From Laetmonice hystrix (taxonomy: Eukaryota): a stretch of 64,000 nt of DNA. The DNA lies in assembly GCA_965235115.1 (NCBI GenBank), contig OZ249440.1, positions 33,916,001 to 33,980,000 on the forward strand, read 5' to 3'. The notes under the pieces are model-generated. The model was given only the letters and a program-made list of their open reading frames with translations, was not told the origin of the DNA and searched no databases. Shown in pieces: positions 39,562-51,700 of the stretch. The position numbers and the translations under genes were made by a program. The stretch's first letter is position 1; every line of letters starts with the position of its first letter.

Positions 39562-39680
39562 TGTCTACTGCACCCAGTATTCCCAGGCGGTCACCCATCC
39601 AATTACTAACTGGGCTCAACACTGATTAACTTCGGTGATCAGACGAGAACCGTTGCTTTCAATGTGATATTACAGTAGAC
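39562..39680 (-). rRNA. 5S rRNA (more diverged copy)
   Basis: Full length plus T-run; several substitutions near the 5' end and in the internal promoter. Confidence 0.8.
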
Positions 39681-39827
39681 ACAAGAAACCTTCCAGGGCC
39701 AACATTTAACGATATGGGAATTGCTTATGCCAGGTTTCCAGGTTGCTTATGCCAGGTTTATGCCAGAATTGCTTATGCCAGGTATGCCAGGCTTATGCCA
39801 GGTGGATAGTGAATGTAAGATTTCAAT

Positions 39828-42800
39828 CTATTAACAAGGATCGGTTGACCATCCGCCCTTCGACACGTTCCCCGATCACGAAGACTGCTTAGAGCTCATT
39901 CAGACCGCCCGAGGTCAAGGATGAGGCGGAGAGGATGATGATCTTGAGGGAAGCATCTAAGGCTGCCAGGAATCAATTCGTGATTCAACCCGTGGCTGAA
40001 GAGGCTCTACATCCCGTGCCTGAAGAGGCTGAACCCCATGTCAATGAGCAGACTCAACCAGAAGCCCTGCCCTGCCCTGAGAGGCATGACAAGAATATGG
40101 TAAATTATTTGTTCTTTATATCACATCATAGGGTGACTGATAATTAAAATAATGGTGATGATGACGATGACGATGATGATGGCGATGATGGCGATGATGG
40201 CGATGATGATGATGATGATGATGATGATGAATCCACACTAACCTGCATTCCAGCTGCTGGAGAAATTTCACTTGTGGACAAAGATCATAAAAGGATATGA
40301 TGATCAAAGGGCGCGATATGAGACCAACATGGTGAGGACCATACTAGAAGGAACCACCCGCCCAATGAATGACCTCCTGGCCCTGATGGATGAGCTGGAG
40401 ATGGAATGGCTTGCTCCAGCAAAGGAGAAGGCAACTTCTCAAGATACGAAAGGTATCTCTACATTAAATTTACTTAGGTATTTTACAGTTTACTATCCTA
40501 CATTACAGACAGTGTCACTGTCAACTATTTTTCACCAACAGGGTCCATGAAAACCATAAAGAATTATCTCTGGGCACTTCTGCGGTTTGTGAAGTTCATC
40601 GGTCTGAAGACGACTATCCAGGCGACCGACAAAGCCAAAGATCTCATTGAAGTCTGGCAGCAGAACCTGCGAAAGCAAGTTTCACAGGAAAATGCTGCCC
40701 TGAAGGACTGCCAGCAAGGTCTGTGAAGTCACATGGTCAATTCTTTGAAAACAATAAAGAATTGTACTGAATTACATGGAGTTTCTTATCTTGCAGACGA
40801 AATTGTCACGCCAGGGATGGTACAAACGTACCATTCATCAGAGAGGGCCAGGATAGCGGTGAAGGCCCTCGGGGACCTGGCCATAAAGATGGGGCCCTTG
40901 CTTTCAGGGCTCTTCTGCAGAGTGCGGAATTATCTGATGGTTCTTCTATGTCTCCAAAATGCGAACCGAGGAGGAGTCCTGCGCAAACATACCAACAGAG
41001 ACGTCAGAATGCCGTGGAGGCTTCCAATGGACACTCTATCGTAACTGCAAGTACATTAATTTTCTGTGTTAAGTGTAATATTTATTTTACTTACCTGGCT
41101 GTACAATTTATATTTTGTGTTTATACAGTGCCTCGACCACAAAACAATCCAAACCAGCGGAAGTGCAAAGATCGGCCTGACGCCTACACTGAAATCCTAC
41201 TTTGACCTCTTCATGGGGTCAAAGAAGGCAATGCAACTTTCTTCTGGACCTGGGCAACTACTGTTTGTCACAAGGAAAGGTGGCCCCCTAACAAGCAGTG
41301 CCGTGGCAACTGCTGTTGCCACGGATCTCATGGCGGCAGGGCCAGGTTCAGGGCCACCACAAATCGTATTAGGCATTCTGTTGTCTCCATTGTTAGTATA
41401 CATTCTTCACTGAATGACAAATTACTAACTAGGGTTAGGGTTAAATTGACCAAATTACTGTTTACAGTGCAAACGTATTGGGACTTGTAACTAATTTTCA
41501 TGCTTTCAGCTAACCAACCTCTTGGACGGCGAGAATGAGGACCTTGCCCAACTTATGTGCCATTCAACCAAAATTCAGCGGCAGACGTATGACAGTAGTC
41601 GGAAAAACAACAAGGCTGCGCGCATGTCGCGCATCGTCTCCAAAGTTATGAATGGGGAGGTCCTGGTGGACAAAGATATCCACCAGGCGGACTGCGATAT
41701 AGCAGAATTTGACATGGCAGCAGCCCGTGAGGCCCTTTCTCCAACTGCCCAAAAGCAAGGTCGTAGTCAGGTCATCCAGACGATGGTCGTCCATAACGTC
41801 TGTGGAGGGGGCGCCCCTCAACTGCCTCCCTTGGCCATAGAAGAAGGGGAGCCACATGAGGGCATTATATCACATGCTTGGCAAGTCTACAAGTTATTTT
41901 GTTAAAGTTCTTTTTTAATTTATAGAAGTCATATAATTACAATTTTATGATTGTGTTATTCTTCTTTTTCAATAGTGCTGCAGAGCTTATCTCCGAGTTG
42001 AATGAACAACAGGCCATACTGCCAGCTATAACAGAAGGGGTGGCCATGGAGTCGGAGGGCTATATATCCTCACATGCTTGGCAAGTCTACAAGTTTTTTT
42101 TTATAAAAGTCATATACTTATATACTTACAATTCTGTGATTATGTTATTCCTCTTTTTCAATAGTGCTTCAGAGGCAGAGGCCACCAAGCAACACGCCCC
42201 ACAGACAGCACAGGTGTGCCTTGAACATATCAATGAAGATGTCATCAAACATGTCCATGGCACTGGCTCGATCCACATGAAATTGTTGACAACACGTATG
42301 TATTCCCTACATGGAATGCTTCATACACAGTTACACACTTTGAGGTATACTTTTGAGGATGTCCATGTTTCAGCTAAACCAAGCAATGCAAATGTGGGAT
42401 CATTAGGAGAGGAAGCAACAAAGCCAGCAGCCAAAAAACGTGGCCGCAAACCCAAAACAACACTTTTTAATGGTGAGTAAATCCCCAGCCATTTTCATAG
42501 TCTAAGATATCTGCATGAAAAATGAAATCATAATCCAGTCATTTCTTACTACAGAAGTGAACATCACCCGTGCCATGAACATATTGTCAGAGGGAGGAAT
42601 CTTGGAAAGGCTTTCACAGGCGGCGAGGGAGTATGATGTACCTGCGGTCAAGAGTGCGATGGCATTCTATCTTGGGAGCCTTTCGGTGGTGGACGAGCTG
42701 TGGCGGGATGCCGAGAAAGTCCTGGACGTGACCATCCTGACCTCAGTACTCATGCAAAAGTACACTGACAGGAGCCTCACTTTTAGGGAGAGGTTTCGGT

Positions 42801-43365
42801 ACCTTCAGTTGGTGGCGTGCTTCCTTGGTGAATATAGAGCGGCTTCTGATCCATTTTTATTCTGATTTTTATATTGATTGTTAATTATATTATTGATCAA
42901 TTCCATTGTTTATTTCATTATTGTCAATAGTATGATTTTTTCCTCAGCAAAGAGACTAAAAGAGGAGCCAAAAGTTGATATCCTGGAGAGCCTTGCCTCC
43001 TCGACAAATGTAAGTAAACAATAATTTACTATTTTACACTACTTCATTTCTAGTTTACATGTACATCCTTGCTGCTGCTTCGGTTTCTCATGCTTCAACT
43101 TCTCCAATAGGACACTCAGAGTGTGACATCCCTTCACCCCAAGCGGCGATGGTCAGACAAGACCAGAACCTTAATCAAGGAAGCCTTTCAAAAGGACGTC
43201 CAAAGATTTGGTGCAGAAAGGGTACGGAAAGAGCTGGCAGCAAATGAACCCCTCCGGAGTGCAGTTAGTGTTGAAGCTGCCGACCTCCATGGTTCTGCCC
43301 AAGTAAAGTGCATCGTAGACACCTGCAGGTGCATGTTTCCTCTGCTGTTCCAGCGCCAAAAATAA
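39828..43365 (+). pseudogene. Intron-containing tyrosine recombinase gene (Crypton-like), frameshifted and apparently 5'-truncated
   Basis: Spliced motifs in YR order: TIKNYLWALLRFVKF (~40555), LQNANRGGVL (R, ~40970), DHKT..SGSAKI (K, ~41140), TTNRIRHSVVS (R, ~41370), LAQLMCHS...QTYD (H and Y, ~41545-41593), and C-terminal KRRWSD..LIKEAF. Frameshifts near 40985 and 41340. Confidence 0.8.
40152..40229 (+). repeat. (GAT/GGC)n trinucleotide microsatellite within an intron
   Basis: Directly visible, between the GT donor at ~40100 and the CAG acceptor at ~40253. Confidence 0.9.
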
Positions 43366-43382
43366 ACTGTTTCCAGGACAAT

Positions 43383-43500
43383 GTGTCCCCTGTCCCAGGT
43401 CCCCTGTCCCAAATCCCAGGTCCCAGGTCCTAGATTCCCTATCCTAGGTCTCAGGTCCCCTGTCCCAGTTCTCCTGTCCTAGGTCCCCTGTTCCCAGTCT
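43383..43500 (+). repeat. Degenerate heptamer repeat (GTCCCCT/GTCCCAG)n downstream of the YR gene
   Basis: Directly visible 7-bp periodicity. Confidence 0.8.
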
Positions 43501-45119
43501 CATGTCAGGGTTAGGTGGGGTTAGATCCACAAAAGTCCCGTTATGGGTCAAAATGGCAAAAATCCAAAAAAATTATTAACATTTTACACTACATAGCACT
43601 GTCTGAATGATATTTTTAGATTCTAGACATCATGTTTCTTTAATCTAATCAGTAAACTTTCCACTATAATAATTAATTATGGCAATTTGATGTACTTGAA
43701 TACCACCTTGTGACCTGATCTAACCCCAAAACACTCAATATCTCCAGATATGGCAGGACAAAAGACATTCTCTGGCGATCATTTGGCGAGCCCTTGGCGG
43801 CAGTTCATGCATTCGCGATCGTTTGCGATAAAATTCAACTTTTAATTTTGGCGAGACTGTTCGCGACTGCAGTCGGGATGTATCGCGAAGCAGGGTGGAT
43901 GCAGTGTCTGGCGACAGTTGGCCAACTGTCGCGAACACTCGTCATTGGTGGATCAGGGCCTTTAATCGGACGCAACGCAGGCCTTATAAAAGTGGGGGGG
44001 GGGGGCAACTCCCAATATTGCCTGACTTTTCAGAAGACTTGCAGATTTTTTTTACCACTCGCATTATTATAAATATATAACATAATCAAGTACAATATTT
44101 AGCAGTTAGGCCTAGCCGCCTTTGACTCTTTTTTTTGGCGTAGCCATAGGAAAAAGTGTATGTGTATGGGGGGGGGGGGGGGGGGGAGGGCCGTGCCCGG
44201 AGGGGGGGGGGTGTCATGTATTGTAATCTAAGCCTATTCATTCATTACTCTAACGTTGTTCATTTAGACTATTTATACATATTAAGTTATTAATTGTTTA
44301 AAGTCATCGGCTGTATTATGGTAAAAATAAATGCTATGCATGGTTCTGTCTCACCACAGATGCCAGTTATGGATAAACAGATGTCACAGAGCAGATCTTG
44401 AGAAAGATGAAGGTGTCTTGAGAGACCCAGTAAAAGCCATGAGGGAGAAGAAGATATGTTCTGCACACTTTAATGACAACCAATTTATGAACATTAACAA
44501 TCGGTAAATATAGGGCCTACACTGTCTACAGTATAATGTTCACCGTTATATAAAGAGTAATAATATATTATGCAGTCATAATATTTAAACGGCACTAAAA
44601 ATAACCAAAAGAACAACAATACAACCAAAAAAAAACAACCAGAGAAAAAGGTAAGTGGGGTAATTGTCAAATTTCGGTACATTTTAGGGGTTTTACAAAT
44701 TGTTTAATAGGCCCAGGCTACATGTGGTCTGAATTTTTTCCCTGAAATTCATGGTAATATTTGTAGAGATTACTACATCATAGATGAAACCGTTTAAAAT
44801 GGTTAAGATTCTTTATTATTGCCAAGTTTAGATTGGCAAATAGAAATCGACTGTCGCCTCCGTTACGGATATTTGACACTTCCAAGCACCCTATGTATAA
44901 TTATTATAACAATAAAGGTCGCAATGATACTGGTCCCTGAACAGATATATTAAAATATATTTTTCTTTCTCAACAATTGTGTTTTCTTCTTTGTTCTTTA
45001 AAATTTTTGATTTTAACCGAAATTCAAGACTTGGCTTTTCACGCCATGATGAAATCTTTGCTGCACCCTGGTGGAGAAACTTTATCTCAAACTTTCAGCC
45101 ACCAGGCTATTATAATTAA

Positions 45120-45648
45120 GGGGCATATTATGAGGAAACGTGAAAAATCGGTATTTCAAAGAACTTTTGCTGTTTTCATCAAGAGATCCTTCATTAATAT
45201 TGCTTGGTAAACAAAGACAGACTTATCTGTTTCATTTTGTATGAGAAATCGAAGTTTATGAAGCTCCCTTGCCCGCTTTTCTGCCGATTTCGTAAAATAT
45301 TTTTTGGGTGGCATTTTGATGCCGGACGATCGAGTGCAACTGCTGAATTGTTTACAACTAAGCGAAGCACGTGACTAATCACATGCAGAGAGTGCACACG
45401 CAGGATGTGACACAGTATGCAATTACACGGGTTGATGGGAGGTTGTCTATAGCAAATTATGGCGGGAGATGTGCTATCGGGAGAAATCTATAGGTTTGGT
45501 CGTATAGAATCTACTTGTGCTGCATACGCAGCGAAAACACGTCGGAGGACAAAATGCTGTGTTAGGATTATTTACTTGGATCCCTAGTACACGATCATGT
45601 TGGATAATTGCCGGAAATCTAAAAAAATGTGTTTCATAGCATGCCCCT
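45120..45648. mobile_element. TTAA-flanked non-autonomous DNA element (Kolobok-like)
   Basis: TTAA|GGGGCATATTATGA ... TCATAGCATGCCCCT|TTAA; purine-purine termini with a TTAA TSD. Confidence 0.55.
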
Positions 45649-46690
45649 TTAATTGCATTTATCATAAAAGTTTTGAAAATGATTATTGGTAGGTCTTCTT
45701 GATGAATATATTATAGAAAACAATTTTGGGGGAGCAAATTCTGTCAAAATCTAATACTTTTCACGTCATGTCATGCTCTAGTCTCGATCAAACACTAGAC
45801 TCTATTTCTCGCTAGAGGTCCCTCGTGGTGGTTGCTCACATCCACATTGGCTGGTTCTCGGCTCCCTCGCTAGGTGTCTGTGGGTCATTGCAGACAAGGC
45901 AGTCTCCACTTTAGTTATCGGAAGTGACACCAGGTGTCACTTTCGTAGTCAGTCCCGTTATCGTGCAAAGATTTTACTAACGGATAATGTTATAACCCCA
46001 TTGGTGGAATTGTAACAGTTGTTTACGAAATAAAGGCTTTAATTGTGAATTGTGCAAAACATGTTATAGTAATGGAGATTTTTTTCTCTGGAACATCATC
46101 ATGTTTTTTGTGGTCTTAGATCTATTAATTCATAGAATATAAAAATCATAAAAAGCTAGCAAATCTTTGTTTGGTGATGTCAAATTCTGCACAAATCAGC
46201 TGGGACATGAAATGTGCCGAAATTTCATATTGACTAATGTGTCTGATCAAATTAATACAAAAGTGAAAATTAAGTAGCCTTGTCGACACACACATTGTTG
46301 AATCAAAAAGACCCAATACCATTTATGTTATTTACAGCACATTTTTGTATAGTGTATTAAAATATTCTTTATTTTACTGCAATTCTCGTCTGATACCAAA
46401 AGCCATACCTAATAGAGACAGAAAGATGGGTGCTACTGGTACGCAAGGTCGGAAAGAGAAGAGAGACGATGTAGAAAATATGCGACATCGAAAAAGATAA
46501 AGGCCTTCCCCATGTATGTTTTCACCTTCTGCATTTATTATGTTTGATCTGTCTGTAATGTAGTAGCCTAAACATTCAGATTCTGACATTTTTTGGCTAT
46601 TCATTATATCCACCTCTTTTGTATCACTGCACCAAAAATTATAAAAATATATGTATTCATATTATTGTATCTTACTTTCTATTATTACAG

Positions 46691-47045
46691 TCCATTTCAA
46701 AAGGAGAAAAGCACTCCGAGAAAGTGTGATATAGCACGATCATTGTTACTGCAAAGTCAAGTCGAGGGAATTAGATTATTTTGCATCCAAAAACACCATG
46801 AAATCCCTGCGACAAAAAGTCTCAAAATATCGAAGAGGATACAAAGCAAGAGGAAATCTAAATTCTCTTACCAACTTTCGGAAACATACCAACTTGAATA
46901 TACATTACAATGTGACTGTAACAGCAGGACTTTACAAAAAAAGAGAATTGTTAAGTTGTTTCCAAAGGTGATGTCAGTTTGCTTTGGACCATGTAAATTT
47001 AGGTCTGTTCTTTATGAATATGTTTTCAGAAAATACGCAAGCTAA
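46691..47045 (+). pseudogene. P-element/THAP9-like transposase, upstream fragment
   Basis: Acceptor TTTTCAG at 47029 followed by KIRKL, which joins in frame to TSNPVEAL after Academ removal. The basic coiled-coil-like segment further upstream is weakly supported. Confidence 0.45.
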
Positions 47046-48776
47046 TAGTCGGGTCGAAAGGGGGGGCCCCCATGCACCCCCCGGAACATTTAACGACACC
47101 TACTTTTTTATACTCATTATGGTGTTCAATAAACAAAAATCAATGTTAACACCTCGAAATTATGTCCCATGGGGTTCATATGGCGGCCATCTTGGATTTC
47201 GTCACCGGCGATCGGCAAAGATCAATAACTTTCATAACTTTTGAACCAGACATCACAGAAAGACAAATGAGCCCACTTTTTCAAACAATTTTGACATATG
47301 AAAACGATTAGAAACATTAATTTTGTAATAAATCAATATTTTAATCTGCAAATTGCAGCTGGAAGTGAAAAAGTGGTAAAATCTATAAGGAAATTAACTG
47401 AAAAAGGCTGTCCGCTGTTCTTCGGTTTTTACACAAATTATGTACAAGTGCTAATTAACTATAATTTCCTTTGTGGGGTACTTTACTGGTATGTTCTGCT
47501 AATGGGTGGTTCAAAATTTCAACATTTTCATGAGCGTTTAGAGTCCTATTTTTCATGACCCTCCTTAAAATGTGTAGGCCTACATTAAAAATGTCCGTTT
47601 TCCATAGAACATGTCAGATCGACATTTTTCAGTTTTCAAATACGTAGGCCTATCTAGAGTCTATAGGGGTTTCGCCCCCTCCTTTCCCAGTACGGTTTGT
47701 ATGATTGAAGAAATTTTTGAACCACCCATAAAGCAGAAGTGGTCACTCACTGTTAAAACTGATCAACAGTTTGCTTTTCTTGCTTCTCCCTTTAATTGCC
47801 TTGTTGCACAATGGCTACATAACATGTAACACTTCAAACGCCCCTAGCTGGCACTAAATAACAAGTCCCACATATCAGTTGACATTTAATTCACAAAGTA
47901 ACCACCAGGGTGGTTCTAAGGTACAATACTGCCATCTAGCGGCAATGCGCGATATTACGACCATCCCAAGGACACGTCATGGCCGTCACGAAGCCGGCAC
48001 AAAGTGAGTAGGCCTACCTTTTGTTCAAGATATTTCTATATTCCAGCGAGTTCTGAAATAAAATGATCTCGGTATTTGTTTATAGTAATAGATATAGAAA
48101 TTAATGAAATAGCTAAGAATATGTGGAACAGGTTATGATAATCGTAGTTCAATGATATTAGGGGCCGTTCAAAGATTACGTAACGCTTGGGGGGTAGGGG
48201 GGTGTATGTCCAAACGTTACGGAGTGTTACATGGGGGGGGGGGGGTGTTTTCAGTGGTGTTACGTAACGCCATAGGCGACGGAGCGTAGCCCAACGTTTG
48301 CGTAAAACGTGCTGCTAATCACCGTCACACATTTCCAGTTATTGTCTGACAGCATTGACGAATGGCGAATGCATAGTAGGCCTATTGTGTAAAGTGTATT
48401 AGTATTATTAGTATTATAGAAGAGATGTGATCATAGAAATTTTGGCAAAGAGTTGAGTCACAGTTATATGCATGTTGTATTGCTTTGGACACTAAATGGA
48501 CAGCTGTAGGCCTACTTGGCAATGTAGCCAAATGGCTACAACCCCTATTTTTTAAAATTAGGTCAGCCCCCCAATTTGAGTGTACTTTTGTATTTCCATT
48601 GCATATCCACACCGTTTGGTGAGTTTATGGATGAGGTTATGTTTATGTTTTTTTATATTTTTTTTCAGGCCCGTAGACATGGCTTAGTAGGCCTATATTG
48701 CATGCCTGGGTAATGGTGACTGTTCTGTCCTACTTACTCATGGTGGAGGTCCTCTATACCCGGGAGAACCATAATC

Positions 48777-51700
48777 ATGGCTAAGGGGAAAAAAACGCAA
48801 GCGTAGGCCTACTGACCAATCTGAAACCCGAAAGAAAACTCTTCGGTGTATCCTGCATACAAGTGATATTGATCCTGGTCCTTTTACAGCTTTAGGAAAC
48901 ATCAGAAGTGATCCCAATGAAAAATTAACATTTTTGCATAACATCCATGACAAGCGACTTGCCCAGCCTCTTGAGTCAGCTCACAGAATGGAAAATGTAT
49001 GTGGGCAGATACCCGAGTCCTTAAATGAAAGTGATCATGAGGACATAGGTTACCACAGACAGTGTTACCAGAAATTCGCAGGAAATCTACACAGACTGAA
49101 GAGTACTGGGGATGGAAGTGCTGAACCCTCAACCTCCCAGAGGCACCACTCTCCCCGTAAACAGCAGCCAGCAGCTGCGAAGAGCTCACCCATTTTCCCC
49201 ACTGAATGCATATTTTGTGAGCGGGTGGAAATAAAGATTGCTGGTAAAACGGAAAGGCCAACCAAGTTCACTTTACAATATGCCTGGGATAAAATTGAAC
49301 TCCGGGCAAAGGAGATGGGAAATGATAGTCTGTATCGCAAAGTGAAGGACACAGACCTGTTTGCTGTCGAAGCCCAGTTCCATCCGCACTGTCGGATGAA
49401 GTTCAGAACAGATTATCATAATCATGTCCGTGCTGTGCAAAGGGCACAGAATCGAGAGGATACCGACTAAACTCGTAAGACAGCAGCCCATAATCAAGCC
49501 CTTGAAGCAGTTATAGATTTCATACATGAGCATATCATTAAGCAAGAAGAAGTTGTCCAACTGTCATCATTGCGACTGATGTACATCAGTGCACTGGATG
49601 AGAGTGGCTTTCCTAACAGGGACTACAGAAGTGAAAAACTGATGGTTCGTCTCCAAAACAATCCTGACATCAGTTCAAAAATCGCCTTCACCAAGGTCTG
49701 TCCAGGTGACAGGGGATGCATGTCATTCCATCTCGTATACAATGCCAGTATAACAGTGGCTGATGCAGTTTCTCTGGCTTACAAGCTGGCGAGTAAAGAT
49801 CAGACTACAGATGTCGCACTTCTTCTACGTGGGATCATCAGACGTGCATTCAAGGAGACAAAAGCTCTTCCTTGGCCCCCAGCTGCTGAAGACTTAAATA
49901 TCAAGTCTGATTTTCTTCCAGAAACACTGCAGAAGTTTCTGAATGTAGTGATGGCTGGTAAGCCTGAGGTCACTTGTGAAAGGACCAATCGCTTGGTCTT
50001 GTCCATTGGCCAGGATATCTGCCGTTCTGTCACTGATGGTGAGTGGAAGTTGCCAAAGCATATCTTGCTTTGTACAACCATCAGACACCTGTATCGTAGC
50101 AAGCAACTAACTAACATTCTCTACAGACTTGGTCACTGCGAGTCCTATGATTTCGGTCTCGAATTTGAGACTGCTCAAGCCAAAGCTCTAGATGAAGTCT
50201 CGATCTTACTGACTCCACAAATTGTGACAGGCGAAGGAAACCTGCTCTTCCATAATGAATGGGACAACCTGAATAAGATCATGACTAACGTTCATGGGTC
50301 CAATGTTGTTAACTCAGCCGGTGGAATCATGATTCAAGAAACCAAGCCAGGCTGTGTTGTAACTCAACACGAGAGATCATTGCCAACATATGACCGCTCG
50401 AAAGAGAGGAGTCTGAAGGTAGACACGCCAAAAACCCTCCCTCCTCTTCATATATACAACCGAACTGGTCCTAAGTTCCCTGCTAATGCCTCCTTTACAC
50501 CACCACCTGAAACTGATGAGCAGTGGATAGCTGCAATACAGGAGTACTATATATGGCTCCTTGCAAGGAATGTTGGAAGTCACGGTCAACAGCCGGTCCC
50601 TGCTCTTGGAGGATTTATTTCTGCCACTGCGAAAGCTCCGGCGAAGAAGAGTAATATAGACTATTACACTCCAATCAACGAACCTATCACAGAATACAAC
50701 ACGGTTGCTGAACTGCTGAGACGATCTGCAGAAGCAACTGCTGAAGTTGGTCAGAAATATGTGATCTCAACTTATGATCTTGGTGTGTGTATGAAAGCAC
50801 TGCCATTGATATGGAAGTGGCCTCAGCAGTACAAAGACCATATTTTGCTTATTGGACAGGTCCATACCTGTATGTACTACATTAGCATGCTGTGTGCTCA
50901 TACAATGGTCGGGTCTGGATATGCAGAGATCCTGATTGAAGCTCAGTTGGTGACGAGTCGCTGCCTGAAAGGTGTCGTTAATGGGAAGGCATATGCCAAA
51001 AGTCTCTTCTGTTTAAAGACTGTTTGTGAAGCAATGGAGCGACTTCTCATGGAACAGTTCATAGAGGATGAGCAGGTGAAGCTTGATGATCCAGTTGCTA
51101 TCCTCAGCCTGGTAAAGTCATGTGATCGGGAAAAGCTCGATAATGCTCTAAAGGACCCTACAATTATCAACATTATTGACAAGTATAAGCAGTATGAAGA
51201 CAAAGTTCGCAAAGGGTATCTTGGCAAAACTGCAGTCTTCTGGTTCTCTTTCATCGAGCATGCCCGACTCCTCTTCATGCTTCTCTTCTCTGTCAAGGTC
51301 AACAACTTCCTGCTGTTCCGCAATTGTATGGGGGAAATGGCAGATCTCTTCTTTGCGTATGGTGGACAAAACTATGCGAGGTAGGAACTCAAAAATTTGC
51401 TATACACACTTCCTACTTCTTGGGAGTTTCATGGCAAAACAATGCTCAGATTAATGTGCGGTTCACTAAAATAGTAATATTATTCTCTTAGTCTATTCTG
51501 TGATCTAAACCTCAGCGCAATTAGGTGATTAAATTTTCGTTTCTCACAAGTACTGCCATCGATGACAATGCAAGAAGCTTTCTGGTTCCCTCATCAGGTA
51601 TCTGACTTGGTTCGAGGCATTTCTCATCAATATTGAAGTGACACATCCAGGGGCGACTGATCTGCTGAAGAAAGGCGCCATCGCAGTGGCCCGCTCCCTG

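Larger units (their letters stand above)
38535..39827 (-). repeat. 5S rDNA mini-array, 341-346-bp unit
   Basis: 5S 5' ends at 38648, 38993, 39339 and 39680. Spacer has variable C-run/A-run. The last spacer decays into GCTTATGCCAGG repeats and breaks off at ~39827. Confidence 0.9.

Noticed and set aside
40116..40307. Poly-His ORF on the minus strand
   Set aside because: Antisense reading of an intronic (GAT)n microsatellite.
41429..41445. Interstitial telomere
   Set aside because: Only about two TTAGGG units.
47046..47047. TA target duplication (Tc1/mariner) for the 7.5-kb element
   Set aside because: Excision under a TA model creates a stop in the flanking P frame, whereas the TAA model restores it; the protein is Academ-type.
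48158..48275. Harbinger-like MITE end (TTA|GGGGCCGTTCAAAGATTACGTAACG)
   Set aside because: No matching opposite terminus or TSD found, so no element could be delimited.
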